Below, in pieces: positions 1-10,354 of a stretch of 64,000 nucleotides of DNA; the stretch's first letter is position 1; the number at the start of each line of letters is the position of its first letter. Source of the stretch: Gammaproteobacteria bacterium. Its GTDB lineage: Bacteria > Pseudomonadota > Gammaproteobacteria > JAUZRS01. The notes below the pieces were generated by a model. The model ran no database searches, had not been told where the DNA came from, and saw nothing but the letters and a program-made list of their open reading frames with translations. The DNA is taken from positions 453,670 through 517,669 of the forward strand of contig JAUZSP010000003.1 of the NCBI GenBank assembly GCA_030949385.1, in the 5' to 3' direction. Made by a program: the position numbers and the translations under genes.

Positions 1-1260
1 TTGAGTGCAACGGCAACGGTTTATGTTGTGGTGAGTACCACGGCACCCTTGGTTCATATCAGCAGTGAAGATACGGTGACCACCGTGGCAGGATTAAATG
101 CTCAACTGTTAATCGGTGAAGTAAACAGTATGACCAGCAGTGCTCAAGGTGGCACGGTGGTGAGGAATGCCAATGGCACGGTCTCTTATACGCCGCCGCT
201 GAATTTTTTCGGTAATGATACCTTTGGTTATCTGGATGTGAATAATAACGCTGGCAGTGTTGATTTGACGGTGACGGCAGTGAACGATGCACCTGTTGCG
301 AATAATATGCCCTCTTTGATTGTCAATGAAGATACAGTAAAAATCGGTCAGTTGGCTGGCTCCGACGTTGATGGTGATGCGATTACCTTTCAAGCCGGAC
401 AGGTGTCTGCTAGCGGTGGTTCCGTGGTGGTTAACCCTAATGGCACCTTTGTCTTTACTCCAGATGCCAACTTCAATGGGCTAGGCGTTTTTAACTTTGT
501 AGTGGTAGATGACAAGGGTGCCAGCTCACAAGCGGTAACGGTTACCGTTAATGTGATTCCGGTGCCTGATCCACCGACAGCAACGGAAGATCTTTACAGT
601 GTTGATGAAGATGCTGTTTTGATAGGAGATCCAAATGTAAACAGTCAGATTGATGGTCTGTTAGAAAACGATGTGGACATTGATAATTCACTGAATCCGA
701 CCTTCAGTGTGGTGGGTTTTGATGCTCGTAGTCTTAAGGGTGGTACGGTCAGTGTTGAGGCCAACGGTAAATTCAGTTACACACCCGCAAAAGATTTTAA
801 TGGTGTAGATCGCTTCCAATACACGATTACCAATGGCTTGGCGCAAGGTACAGGAACGGTAACCATCACGGTCAATCCGAGTCGAGATGCAAACATTGCG
901 GCAGATGTTGTAGAGGATATCGTTTTTAATGGCAGTTTCACCACAGCTAATTTATTAGCCAGTAGTTCATTGGCTGCTTTGGCCACGATCAGTGTGGATC
1001 AAAGCAGTGCCAATGGCGGCACGATTTTGGATCACGGTGACGGTACGTTCACCTACACACCGGCGGCGAACTTTGCTGGCAATGACAGCTTTACCTACAC
1101 TATTACCGATTCGGTTACAGGTTCGAAGGAGGTTGCTACTATCAGCGTTACTGTGGCGGCCAAACCGGTTGTTACGAAGAGCGGTGGCGGTGCGTTGGCT
1201 CCTTTGATGTTGTTAACACTGTTTATACTGCTGATGCAGAGACGGCGTTTTTTGCGCTGA
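1..1260 (+). CDS. C-terminal part of a large surface protein with cadherin-like/Big_9 Ig repeats and a GlyGly-CTERM sorting signal (5' truncated by the window edge)
   Basis: Repeated 'G-x-F/V-x-Y/F-T-P-x-x-N/D-F-x-G-x-D-x-F-x-Y' and 'VNDAPVA' motifs; ends GGGALAPLMLLTLFILLMQRRRFLR (GG, TM helix, basic tail). Confidence 0.85.
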   Translation: MSATATVYVVVSTTAPLVHISSEDTVTTVAGLNAQLLIGEVNSMTSSAQGGTVVRNANGTVSYTPPLNFFGNDTFGYLDVNNNAGSVDLTVTAVNDAPVANNMPSLIVNEDTVKIGQLAGSDVDGDAITFQAGQVSASGGSVVVNPNGTFVFTPDANFNGLGVFNFVVVDDKGASSQAVTVTVNVIPVPDPPTATEDLYSVDEDAVLIGDPNVNSQIDGLLENDVDIDNSLNPTFSVVGFDARSLKGGTVSVEANGKFSYTPAKDFNGVDRFQYTITNGLAQGTGTVTITVNPSRDANIAADVVEDIVFNGSFTTANLLASSSLAALATISVDQSSANGGTILDHGDGTFTYTPAANFAGNDSFTYTITDSVTGSKEVATISVTVAAKPVVTKSGGGALAPLMLLTLFILLMQRRRFLR

Positions 1261-1279
1261 GGCAATTTGAACTTTGATG

Positions 1280-1308
1280 AAAAAACCCCGCAACTGCGGG
1301 GTTTTTTT
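1280..1308. terminator. Bidirectional rho-independent terminator
   Basis: AAAAAACCCCGCA-AC-TGCGGGGTTTTTTT between convergent genes. Confidence 0.85.
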
Positions 1309-1317
1309 ATGCCTGTT

Positions 1318-2484
1318 TCAGTCCCGTCTCAGTTTCGCATCCACCGCCATTGGAGTGGGATAAAAACGTACGATCCAATACGAAGAGATGGTGAAGCTGA
1401 TAATGGTGGCGGCTTGAATCAGGTATGAGCCTTTGGGGCTGAGCAGTTCGGTTTCCGAAGCCACGATGGCCACCAACAGAGCAAATTCGCTGATTTGGCC
1501 TAAGCGTACCCCTATTTCGTGAGCACTTTTTTGTTGTTCACCACCCTGTTGAAGCAGCCGCTTGAATAACCACGGCTTAAACAACAGCGAGAGCAGCGCC
1601 AAAGCCAAAGCGGGCAGCAGCACGTCAGGCAGCATCGCTAAATTAAAGCCCGCACCGAGGGCGAAAAAGAACATCACCAAGAAAAAGTCTCGCAGCGGTT
1701 TGAGGTTTTCGGCGATATAACGGGCGATGGGGTTGGTAGCCAAGGTAATACCGGCGATAAAGGCACCGATCTCGTGAGAGAGGCCGATCACTTCTGCCAG
1801 TTCGGCCAGACCTAGACACCAGCCGATGGCGAGCAGAAAAATATACTCTTTGATTTGATCAAAAGACATCAACAGGTGAGTGATGACGTATTTGGAAAAA
1901 TAATAGGCAAACAGCATCAGCGCAGGCAGAGAAACGAGCAGCAGTGCCATGTCGATCCAGGGGTTGTGGCTGTTACCAAAGCCTTGCAGCAACAACAGAA
2001 CGGTGATGGCGAGCATGTCTTGCAGTAGCAGCACGGAGACGATCACCTCGCCCATGCGCTGGTGATGCAGTGCGGTGGTGGGCAGCAGTTTTAGGCCGAT
2101 AATGGTGCTGGAGAACATCATCGCTGCGCCGATCAGCAGGCTGTCCAGTAGCGCAAAACCAAACAAAAACGCCACCAGAAAACCGAGCAGAGCAAAGGCC
2201 GCGGAGGAAATCAGAGTGATCAAGGTGGCTTCGCGCAGCAGCCGTTTCAGCTCTTGCGGCTCCAAATTGAGTCCGAGTAGAAAGAGCAGAAAAATAATAC
2301 CCACATCGGCAATGTCGCGAATCAGGCTGGGATCGGAGACCAGTGACAGCCCCGAAGGGCCAAACAGCAGGCCGATGGCAATGTAGGCCACCAACAGTGC
2401 TTGCCGAGCGTAGAGCGCGAGCGTGGCCAGCAGAGCGGCACCACTGAAGATAAGAAAGATCGAAAAAATAATTGAATCGTGCAT
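1318..2484 (-). CDS. Cation:proton antiporter, CPA2 (Kef-like) family, membrane domain only
   Basis: About 12 TM segments; motifs 'GIIFLLFLLGL', 'SSTIIG', 'LLLQD', 'GAFIAG', 'QISEF'. Confidence 0.85.
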   Translation of the reverse strand: MHDSIIFSIFLIFSGAALLATLALYARQALLVAYIAIGLLFGPSGLSLVSDPSLIRDIADVGIIFLLFLLGLNLEPQELKRLLREATLITLISSAAFALLGFLVAFLFGFALLDSLLIGAAMMFSSTIIGLKLLPTTALHHQRMGEVIVSVLLLQDMLAITVLLLLQGFGNSHNPWIDMALLLVSLPALMLFAYYFSKYVITHLLMSFDQIKEYIFLLAIGWCLGLAELAEVIGLSHEIGAFIAGITLATNPIARYIAENLKPLRDFFLVMFFFALGAGFNLAMLPDVLLPALALALLSLLFKPWLFKRLLQQGGEQQKSAHEIGVRLGQISEFALLVAIVASETELLSPKGSYLIQAATIISFTISSYWIVRFYPTPMAVDAKLRRD

Positions 2485-2562
2485 AAGGCTGGATAGGACT
2501 TCCTATTTTTATCCTGCTGCGGTAGCGTAGCAGATCATTTTCGAGCCGCTGCGAGACGACCC

Positions 2563-5214
2563 ATGAACAATCCTGCTGCACCTAAGACCATTTATCTTAA
2601 AGAGTACCGTCAGCCGAACTACTGGCTGGAGGAGGTGGCCTTGCGTTTTGAATTGGAGGATCAGGCCACGCGCGTCTACTCCGAACTGAAATTGCATCGC
2701 AACAATGAGGCGACAGACAACCTCTCTTTGTGGTTGGACGGTGAAGCTTTGGAGCTGAAATCGCTGGTCATTGACGGTCGCAGGTTAACAGAGAACGAAT
2801 ATCAAATCTCGGAAAATGGCCTGTTGATTCATGCCGTGCCGGAGAGGTTTTTATTGCAGGTTGAGACGCACATTTATCCACAAAAAAACAGCTCGCTGGA
2901 AGGCTTGTATCGCAGCAGTGGCAATTTCTGCACCCAATGCGAAGCACAGGGCTTTCGAAAAATAACCTACTACCCTGATCGCCCCGATGTGATGGCCACC
3001 TTTACCACCACCCTCGTGGCGGATAAAAAAGCCTATCCGGTGCTGCTTTCCAACGGCAATAAAACCGATTCAGGTGAGCTGGATAACGGTCGCCATTGGG
3101 CAACGTGGCACGACCCCTTTCCCAAACCCAGCTATCTGTTCGCGTTGGTGGCCGGTGATTTGGCACAGATTAATGACACCCATACCACACCCGATGGACG
3201 TGAAATTGCGTTGTCCATTTTTGTTGAACATCACAACCGCGATAAATGCGCTCACGCCATGACTTCATTGCAAAAAGCGATGTTGTGGGATGAAGAGACC
3301 TTCGGGTTGGTTTACGATCTGGACGTTTACATGATCGTGGCGGTGGATGATTTTAATATGGGCGCGATGGAGAACAAGGGCTTGAATGTCTTTAACTCCA
3401 AATACGTTTTGGCCAATTCCGATACGGCCACCGATCAAGATTTTCAGGGCATTGAGGCGGTTATCGGGCATGAATATTTTCATAACTGGACCGGCAACCG
3501 CATCACCTGTCGGGATTGGTTTCAGCTTAGCCTTAAAGAGGGCTTGACGGTTTTCCGTGATCAGGAGTTCAGCTCTGATTTAGGTTCGCGGGCAGTGAAA
3601 CGCATCGAAGATGTGCGCATGTTGCGCGCCCGTCAATTCCCTGAAGACAGTGGCCCGATGGCGCACCCGATTCGCCCTGAAGCCTATATGGAGATCAATA
3701 ACTTCTACACCCTGACCGTCTATGAAAAGGGCGCTGAAGTGATTCGGATGCAGCACACTTTGCTGGGTGAGGCGGGTTTTCGTAACGGTATGGATCTTTA
3801 TTTTGAGCGTTTTGATGGTCAAGCGGTCACCTGTGAGGATTTTGTCACCGCGATGGCCGATGCCAATGGCCGTGATATGAGCCAGTTTATGCGCTGGTAT
3901 TCGCAAGCGGGTACGCCTCAGTTGCAGGTATCAGAAGCCTTTGATGCGGAGAAAAAACAGTACCGCTTAACTTTTAAGCAGCAAGCTCCCACTACACCTG
4001 GGCAGCCTGCTGATGAGAAGTTGCCGTTGCAGATTCCGCTGCGTATGGGTTTGCTCTCGTCCAGTGGCGAGGCGTTGCCCTTGCGGTTGCAGGGTGAAAC
4101 AGAAGCCGATGGGATTGAGCGGGTGTTGGAGATCACGGAGGCCGAGCAGAGTTTTGTCTTTGAGGATATAGAGAAGCAGCCTCATCCCTCTCTGTTGCGC
4201 GGTTTTTCAGCGCCAGTGATTTTACAGATGCAGCGCAGTGATGAGTCATTAGCTTTGCAGATGGCGCACGACAGCGATGCCTTTAATCGTTGGGAAGCGG
4301 GGCAGCAGTTTGCTCAGGGTTTGCTGCTTAAGTTAGTCAAAGCAGTGCAAAGCGGTGCAAAATTGCAGTTGCCTGAGGCATTTGTGGCGGCTTTTTCCAA
4401 ATTATTGCAAGAATCTGCCGCCGATCCCGCTTTTGCCGCTGAAGCTCTGACATTGCCGTCGGAGTTGATGTTGGCTGAGCAGATGGCGGTGATTGATGTG
4501 GATGCCATTCACGCGGCACGTGAGTTTGTTCGTGTGGCGTTGGCAAGAGCGTTAGAGGGGCGTTTTACGGCGGTTTACCAAGCCAACCTGACCGAGGGTG
4601 ACTATTCACCGGATGCTCGTTCCATCGGCAAACGGCGGCTGAAAAACGTCGCGTTGGCCTATCTGGTGAGTCTGCAAAACGAGGCAGCTCTGGAGCTTGT
4701 TGAGCAGCAGTTTGCAGCGGGCAGCAATATGACCGATGTGATGGCGGCGTTACAGGCTTCGAACGGGGTGGCGGGAGAGGTGCGCGAAGCGGCCTTAAGT
4801 CGTTTTTATCAGCAGTGGCAGCAAGACCGTTTGGTGATGGATAAATGGTTTAGTTTACAGGCGATGGCGCAGTTGCCTGACACACTGGAGCAGATCAAAG
4901 CCTTGCGCCAGCACGTTGATTTTGATCTTAAAAACCCGAATCGGGTGCGCTCGTTGTTGGGGGCTTTTGCGATGAGCAATCCAGTGGTGTTTCATCAACA
5001 GGATGGCGCAGGGTATCGTTTTTTTGTGGATCAAATTATTGAGCTGGATCGATTCAATCCGCAAATTTCGGCGCGCTTGGCCACAGCTCTGAGTCGCTGG
5101 TCACGTTACGATAAAAACCGCCAAGGATTGATGAAGGGGCAATTACAGCGCCTTGCCGAGCAAGATCTATCCAAAGATCTGTTTGAGGTGGTGAATAAAA
5201 GTTTAAAAAACTAA
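2563..5214 (+). CDS. pepN: Aminopeptidase N (M1 family)
   Basis: GAMEN exopeptidase motif, HEYFH...E zinc motif, 'TQCEAQGFRKIT'; 883 aa. Confidence 0.97.
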   Translation: MNNPAAPKTIYLKEYRQPNYWLEEVALRFELEDQATRVYSELKLHRNNEATDNLSLWLDGEALELKSLVIDGRRLTENEYQISENGLLIHAVPERFLLQVETHIYPQKNSSLEGLYRSSGNFCTQCEAQGFRKITYYPDRPDVMATFTTTLVADKKAYPVLLSNGNKTDSGELDNGRHWATWHDPFPKPSYLFALVAGDLAQINDTHTTPDGREIALSIFVEHHNRDKCAHAMTSLQKAMLWDEETFGLVYDLDVYMIVAVDDFNMGAMENKGLNVFNSKYVLANSDTATDQDFQGIEAVIGHEYFHNWTGNRITCRDWFQLSLKEGLTVFRDQEFSSDLGSRAVKRIEDVRMLRARQFPEDSGPMAHPIRPEAYMEINNFYTLTVYEKGAEVIRMQHTLLGEAGFRNGMDLYFERFDGQAVTCEDFVTAMADANGRDMSQFMRWYSQAGTPQLQVSEAFDAEKKQYRLTFKQQAPTTPGQPADEKLPLQIPLRMGLLSSSGEALPLRLQGETEADGIERVLEITEAEQSFVFEDIEKQPHPSLLRGFSAPVILQMQRSDESLALQMAHDSDAFNRWEAGQQFAQGLLLKLVKAVQSGAKLQLPEAFVAAFSKLLQESAADPAFAAEALTLPSELMLAEQMAVIDVDAIHAAREFVRVALARALEGRFTAVYQANLTEGDYSPDARSIGKRRLKNVALAYLVSLQNEAALELVEQQFAAGSNMTDVMAALQASNGVAGEVREAALSRFYQQWQQDRLVMDKWFSLQAMAQLPDTLEQIKALRQHVDFDLKNPNRVRSLLGAFAMSNPVVFHQQDGAGYRFFVDQIIELDRFNPQISARLATALSRWSRYDKNRQGLMKGQLQRLAEQDLSKDLFEVVNKSLKN

Positions 5215-5227
5215 GGGGAAGAAGAGC

Positions 5228-5698
5228 ATGAAGAGATTTTTAAGTAGAAAAAACAGCGTATTAGCGCTGTTGTCGATGTTGCTTTTGTCGCCGATGAGCC
5301 TCTGGGCACATCACACGGAGAGCCATTTTGATGACAGTTCTCCGCATAAAGTGGTGTATCAACTGAATAAAGCCGATCCGGCTTATCATGATCACATTCT
5401 CTTTTCAGTGGGGGCGGTGCTGCGTAAATACGGCGACGATGTGGAGATTGTGGTGGAGGTGTTCGCTGAGGGGATTCATCTGTTGGCTAAAAATCCTAAG
5501 CGCCCTGTGTCGGAAAAAGTGCAGCAAAAAGTACGTTCGTTGGCCGATTACGGCGTGGCGTTTCATGCCTGTGAGAATACGATGAAATCCTTGCAGTGGG
5601 AGCAGAAGGATATGCTTGATTTTGCTAAAGTGGTTCCCAGTGGGGCAGATGATCTGATGTTGTTGCAAGAGCGGGGATTTTCCTACATTAGCTGGTGA
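5228..5698 (+). CDS. Exported DsrE-family protein
   Basis: Signal peptide; 'KVVYQLN', 'VEIVVEVFAEGI', 'GVAFHACENTM', 'VVPSG...LQERGFSYI' match the DsrE/F-like pattern. Confidence 0.75.
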   Translation: MKRFLSRKNSVLALLSMLLLSPMSLWAHHTESHFDDSSPHKVVYQLNKADPAYHDHILFSVGAVLRKYGDDVEIVVEVFAEGIHLLAKNPKRPVSEKVQQKVRSLADYGVAFHACENTMKSLQWEQKDMLDFAKVVPSGADDLMLLQERGFSYISW

Positions 5699-5740
5699 CT
5701 TTGATAGTTTTGGTGTGCTTTAGACTTTATTCTTAATTAT

Positions 5741-5756
5741 TGAGATGTCGGTCACA
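5741..5756. promoter_or_regulatory. CRP/FNR-family-like binding site
   Basis: TGAGA-TGTCGG-TCACA, 9/10 match to TGTGA-N6-TCACA; spacer identical to the site at 18971. Confidence 0.5.
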
Positions 5757-5950
5757 AAATACTCGCAAGAGTCGTACTGCTTTTAAGACTGGATTCAGCT
5801 GAATGTCATAATCTGAACTTGTTTCATATATATGACACTCAAGGAAGACAGTACTTCTGCACTTTAGCTTTTGGGCGTTTTTAGAGCAAAGAGAGGCGGA
5901 AATGTTGCAGGGTGGTTGAGTCTTGGATAGACAATCAAAGGTGCGCCGTT

Positions 5951-6376
5951 ATGTCAGTAATGTTTTATGTTGTGGTCGGAGTGGTAAGTGTTGTTCTGTT
6001 GTATCAGTTTTCCTTCTATTTTTCGTTGTTGCGGATGAGAGGACGGCGAGTCGTTGATATGGCGAACACGTCTTTTTTTAAACCGAAAGGTCGAGTGTTG
6101 CTCTACTTTTACAGTGATCGCTGTGCGCCGTGCCGTGACATGACCCTACTGGTGGACGGTTTGATGTTGGAAAATGACAATGTGGTCAAGTTGAATGTGC
6201 AGGGTGATGCAGTCCTGGCGCGCGCTTTGGGCATTCGTGCCACCCCCACTTTTGTGGTGGTGGACGATGGCAAAGTGAGCAATGCTCTATTGGGTGCGCA
6301 AAGCATTAAAAAATTACGCTCCCTGTTGAAGCGTGTTGTCGGTAAGACATCGCTGTCTTCAGTGCAGCCGATGTAG
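5951..6376 (+). CDS. Membrane-anchored thioredoxin-family protein
   Basis: N-terminal TM helix, CAPC (CxxC) motif, 'GIRATPT' cis-Pro loop; ATG at 5951 preferred over GTG at 5912. Confidence 0.75.
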   Translation: MSVMFYVVVGVVSVVLLYQFSFYFSLLRMRGRRVVDMANTSFFKPKGRVLLYFYSDRCAPCRDMTLLVDGLMLENDNVVKLNVQGDAVLARALGIRATPTFVVVDDGKVSNALLGAQSIKKLRSLLKRVVGKTSLSSVQPM

Positions 6377-6385
6377 CGTTTGTGT

Positions 6386-9300
6386 TTACTCTGAGGTTTT
6401 AAGCCGTTGCAGTTGTTTTTCAATCCGTTTGACTGAGATGGGTGCCGTTGTTCCTAGTTGCTGAGCAAAGAGTGAAACCCTCAGTTCTTCTAACATCCAG
6501 CGCAGTTTTTCCAGTTCAGGCTGTTGTTCCAATGGCCTATTTCGCTGTTTTTCCAATTGAGTTTTACAGGCTTGCCAGAGCGGTTGCAGAGTTAGACGGT
6601 GCTGTCGATCTTTTGTTGGCGCACGTTCCAGTGATTCCAGTCGGCGTAAAATAGCCTGCAAGTAACGTGGGTAGTGGCGTAAATTCTCCAGTGGGATTTG
6701 AGGCAAAAAACCGGCGTAGATCAGATGTGCCAGTTGCTCTTTGATTTCAGTGATGGCTTCGAGTTGATTGAGGGGGATATTGCCTTTGATTTTCACCTGA
6801 ATGTTTTGGTAATGGGTCAGAATTTTTTCCAGCAAAGTTGTTAACTGATTGCTCTGCTCCATTAACTGGCTTTTGCCTAATTCAAGCTGTTTATAAAATC
6901 GTTTCCTCTCTTGTGGTTGCGGTTTTGAGCGGACAAAAGCGGTTAAAATAGCCGCGTCGATCAAATCTTCTTTCAGTTGAGCGCAGTTATCGATGCGGTG
7001 GTAGGAAAGACAGAGTTTTTGGATGTTGGGCAGTTTGCGGCGCAGGTATTTGAGCGGCTCGTTGAGCTGCATTTTGTAGAGCTGACACAGCCCTGCGGGC
7101 ATTACCGCTTGGGCTTTTTCTTTGCTGGAAAACAGCCTCAGCGCGAGGTTTTTGCCCTCTACATTCAAAGCGGGGTAACCGATCAGAGTGATGCCGTTTT
7201 GTTCCAGTTCCAGTGATTCGGGCAGTGTGCCAAAGTCCCAAGCTGTGATGTTAGTTTGTTCAAAACCGTGCTCGGGCGCTTGGCTGATGCTGGCTTCCAC
7301 TGAGCTTTCCAAACCCTGTTGCAGTTGTTTTAAATCGCGCCCTTGTTTGAGCAGTGTGCCTTTAGCATCGACGATTTCAAAACGCATCTGCAGGTGCAGA
7401 GGCACGTTGGCGGGTTGCCAGCTTTCGTTTGGAACACGAACACCGCTCATGCGTAGCAGATGATCCGCCATTGCCTGTGACAGCGGTGTGTTGGAGGGAG
7501 TGAGTGCCTGTAAACACGCTTGGGCGTAGTTGGGTGCGGGGACAAAATTACGGCGTAGATTTTTTGGCAGTGATTTGATCAGCGCGATCATTTTCTCTTC
7601 AAGCAGGCCAGGTACCAGCCACTCGCAGCGCCCAGAGGGGATCTGATTGAGTATCGCCAGCGGTACTTTCAGGGTGATGCCGTCATCGTCACTGCCCGGT
7701 TCAAAGTGGTAGCTCAAGGGCAGGTGTGCTCCAGCGACGTCAAACTGATCGGGAAAACGCTCGTCTGTGACCTGTTCGGCGTCGTGTTGCATCAGCTCTT
7801 CGACTTGCAGATGCAGCATCTTAGGCTCGTTTTGCTCGGTTTTTTTACGCCAGCGTTCAAAGGCGGGGCCGTTATAGATCTCGCTAGGAATACGCTGGGC
7901 GTAAAAGTCGTAGAGCTGCTCTTCGTCGATTAAAATATCGCGGCGGCGTGATTTGGCTTCCAGTTGTTCAACTTCGGCTAACAAGGCTTGATTGTGGTGG
8001 TAAAAGTCGGCTTTGGTCTGATAGTTGCCGTTTACCAAGGCTTCACGCAAAAATATTTCATGAGCTTCAGCGGGGTTGATGGGGCCGTAGTTGATGCGTT
8101 TTTTTTCATTGATGATCAGACCGTAGAGCGCGCTTTTTTCGTAGGCGCCTACTTGGGCGTTGCGTTTTTGCCAGTGGACTTCAAAGTAGCTGCGGCTCAG
8201 CAGCTCGGGGGCTATTTTTTCAATCCAGAGCGGATCAATTTTAGCCACGGTGCGGGCGTAGACGCGGCCTGTTTCGGTGACTTCAGCGGACATGATCCAT
8301 TTGGAGCCTTTTTTAGCCAGTCCAGAGCCAGGGAAAATGTGCAGTTTGCGATTGCGGGTACCGAGGTATTCTCGCTCCTCGCCTTTGAGAGCCACATGAC
8401 TGATCAAGCCGCTTAACAAGGCACGGTGAATGGCATCGTATTCGGCTTCGCTGTCGTTGCTGCGATGCTTCATTTCACTCATCAGGCCACGTAATTGTTT
8501 GTGGGTTTCGATCCATTCGCGCATGCGTAGGTAAGAGACGAAGAGGCTTTTGCACTGTTTGCGCAGCCGGTTTTGTGACAGCTCACCAGCCAGTTGTTGG
8601 TAGTGGTTCCAGAGGTTGAGCAGGCTGAGGAAGTCCGACTGCGGATGCCGGTGCAGGGCGTGAGCTTGGTCGGCGGCCTGTTGTTTTTCCAGTGGTCGTT
8701 CGCGGGGGTCTTGCACTGCCAAGGCGCTGACGATGATCAACACTTCTTTGAGGCAGCCCTCTTGATCGGCGGCCAGCAACATGCGCCCCAGTCGTGGGTC
8801 GATGGGCAGCCGTGCCAGTTTGACTCCTAAGGGGGTCAATTGGCGCTCTGAGTTGACTGCACTCAGCTCGTGCAGCAGGCGGTAGCCGTCGTTGATCAGG
8901 CGGTGGTCGGGGCTATCGACAAAGGGAAAGTGGTCGATTTTGCCCAATTTGAGGCTGCTCATCTGCAAAATCACTGCCGCCAGATTGGTACGCTGGATTT
9001 CCGGTTCGGTAAATTCAGGTCGTTGCAGAAAATCTTCTTCATCATAGAGTCGAATGCAGATACCGGCGGCGACACGTCCACAGCGGCCTTTGCGCTGATT
9101 GGCGGAGGCTTGTGAGACTTTTTCAATGGGTAGGCGTTGCAGTTTGCTGCGCAGGCTGTAACGGGAGATGCGCGCCAAGCCGGGATCAATTACATAACGA
9201 ATGCCTGGCACGGTCAGGGAGGTTTCGGCGACATTGGTGGCCAGCACGATGTGGCGGCCTCGATGGGGTTTGAAGATCTTCTGTTGCTCGCTGTTGGAGA

Positions 9301-10282
9301 GACGAGCAAACAGGGGCAAAATTTCGGTGTGCGGCAGGGCGTGACGACGCAGGGCTTCGGCGGTGTCGCGGATTTCACGTTCGCCTGCGAGAAAGATCAA
9401 AATATCGCCAAGGGGTTCGCGGCTCAGCTCATCTACGGCATCCAATATGGCTTGGTTTTGATCGCGGTCTTGTTCGTCGTTTTGATCGTTGTAGAGAGGG
9501 CGATAACGGACCTCTACCGGATAACTGCGCCCTTCGACGTTGAGAATGGGGGCGTTGTGAAAATGGCTGGCAAAGCGTTCGGGGTCGATGGTGGCGGAGG
9601 TGATGATCAGTTTGAGGTCGGGGCGTTTGGGCAGCAGTTGTTTGAAATAACCGAGCAGAAAATCAATGTTGAGGCTGCGCTCGTGGGCTTCGTCGATGAT
9701 CAGGGTGTCGTATTGCCACAGCAGTGGATCGCTCTGAATCTCCGCCAATAAAATGCCGTCGGTCATCAGTTTGATGTAGCCCTGTTGCTCGCTGATCTGG
9801 CTGCCAAAGCGGACTTTATAACCGACACTGCCGCCCAGCTCGCTTTTTAGTTCGTCGGCGATGCGGGCGGCAACGCTGCGAGCAGCCAGACGGCGCGGCT
9901 GGGTGTGACCGATGAGACCTTTACAGCCACGCCCCAATTCCAGACATATTTTTGGCAGTTGAGTGGTTTTGCCGGAGCCGGTTTCACCGCAGAGAATCAG
10001 AACTTGGTGCTTCTCGATGCAGGCCATGATCTCTTCTTTGGCGGCCACGACCGGTAGATTGTCGGCGTATTCGGGCTTGGGGCTGTTTTCGATGCGCTGA
10101 GCAAGGCGTTGTTGAGAGGCGGTGATCTGCGTTTGCAGTTTTTCCAGATCGTGGATGTGGGGTTTGCCCTGTTGGGCGCGTTTTTTCAACCCGCGCCAGC
10201 GGCGTAGAAAGTGGGGCTGATCTTTGAGTAGGCAGGTTTGAAAGGTTTTATGTAGGTTGTTTAAAACAGTCACGGGGAGCAT
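6386..10282 (-). CDS. hrpA: ATP-dependent RNA helicase HrpA
   Basis: GETGSGKTTQ, DEAH, SAT and QRKGRCGR motifs; 1298 aa with 'WMLEELRVSLFAQ' C-terminus. Confidence 0.96.
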   Translation of the reverse strand: MLPVTVLNNLHKTFQTCLLKDQPHFLRRWRGLKKRAQQGKPHIHDLEKLQTQITASQQRLAQRIENSPKPEYADNLPVVAAKEEIMACIEKHQVLILCGETGSGKTTQLPKICLELGRGCKGLIGHTQPRRLAARSVAARIADELKSELGGSVGYKVRFGSQISEQQGYIKLMTDGILLAEIQSDPLLWQYDTLIIDEAHERSLNIDFLLGYFKQLLPKRPDLKLIITSATIDPERFASHFHNAPILNVEGRSYPVEVRYRPLYNDQNDEQDRDQNQAILDAVDELSREPLGDILIFLAGEREIRDTAEALRRHALPHTEILPLFARLSNSEQQKIFKPHRGRHIVLATNVAETSLTVPGIRYVIDPGLARISRYSLRSKLQRLPIEKVSQASANQRKGRCGRVAAGICIRLYDEEDFLQRPEFTEPEIQRTNLAAVILQMSSLKLGKIDHFPFVDSPDHRLINDGYRLLHELSAVNSERQLTPLGVKLARLPIDPRLGRMLLAADQEGCLKEVLIIVSALAVQDPRERPLEKQQAADQAHALHRHPQSDFLSLLNLWNHYQQLAGELSQNRLRKQCKSLFVSYLRMREWIETHKQLRGLMSEMKHRSNDSEAEYDAIHRALLSGLISHVALKGEEREYLGTRNRKLHIFPGSGLAKKGSKWIMSAEVTETGRVYARTVAKIDPLWIEKIAPELLSRSYFEVHWQKRNAQVGAYEKSALYGLIINEKKRINYGPINPAEAHEIFLREALVNGNYQTKADFYHHNQALLAEVEQLEAKSRRRDILIDEEQLYDFYAQRIPSEIYNGPAFERWRKKTEQNEPKMLHLQVEELMQHDAEQVTDERFPDQFDVAGAHLPLSYHFEPGSDDDGITLKVPLAILNQIPSGRCEWLVPGLLEEKMIALIKSLPKNLRRNFVPAPNYAQACLQALTPSNTPLSQAMADHLLRMSGVRVPNESWQPANVPLHLQMRFEIVDAKGTLLKQGRDLKQLQQGLESSVEASISQAPEHGFEQTNITAWDFGTLPESLELEQNGITLIGYPALNVEGKNLALRLFSSKEKAQAVMPAGLCQLYKMQLNEPLKYLRRKLPNIQKLCLSYHRIDNCAQLKEDLIDAAILTAFVRSKPQPQERKRFYKQLELGKSQLMEQSNQLTTLLEKILTHYQNIQVKIKGNIPLNQLEAITEIKEQLAHLIYAGFLPQIPLENLRHYPRYLQAILRRLESLERAPTKDRQHRLTLQPLWQACKTQLEKQRNRPLEQQPELEKLRWMLEELRVSLFAQQLGTTAPISVKRIEKQLQRLKTSE

Positions 10283-10354
10283 CCAGAGCAGAGTGTGCCT
10301 CGCAGGGTAAAAAGTTAGCTGCGAAAGGTCAAACGTCTGTTTGAAGTGGGTGGG

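Noticed and set aside
5804-5837. Inverted repeat TGTCATA-N20-TATGACA upstream of the thioredoxin
   Set aside because: Only 7 bp with a long spacer, a single occurrence, compatible with chance
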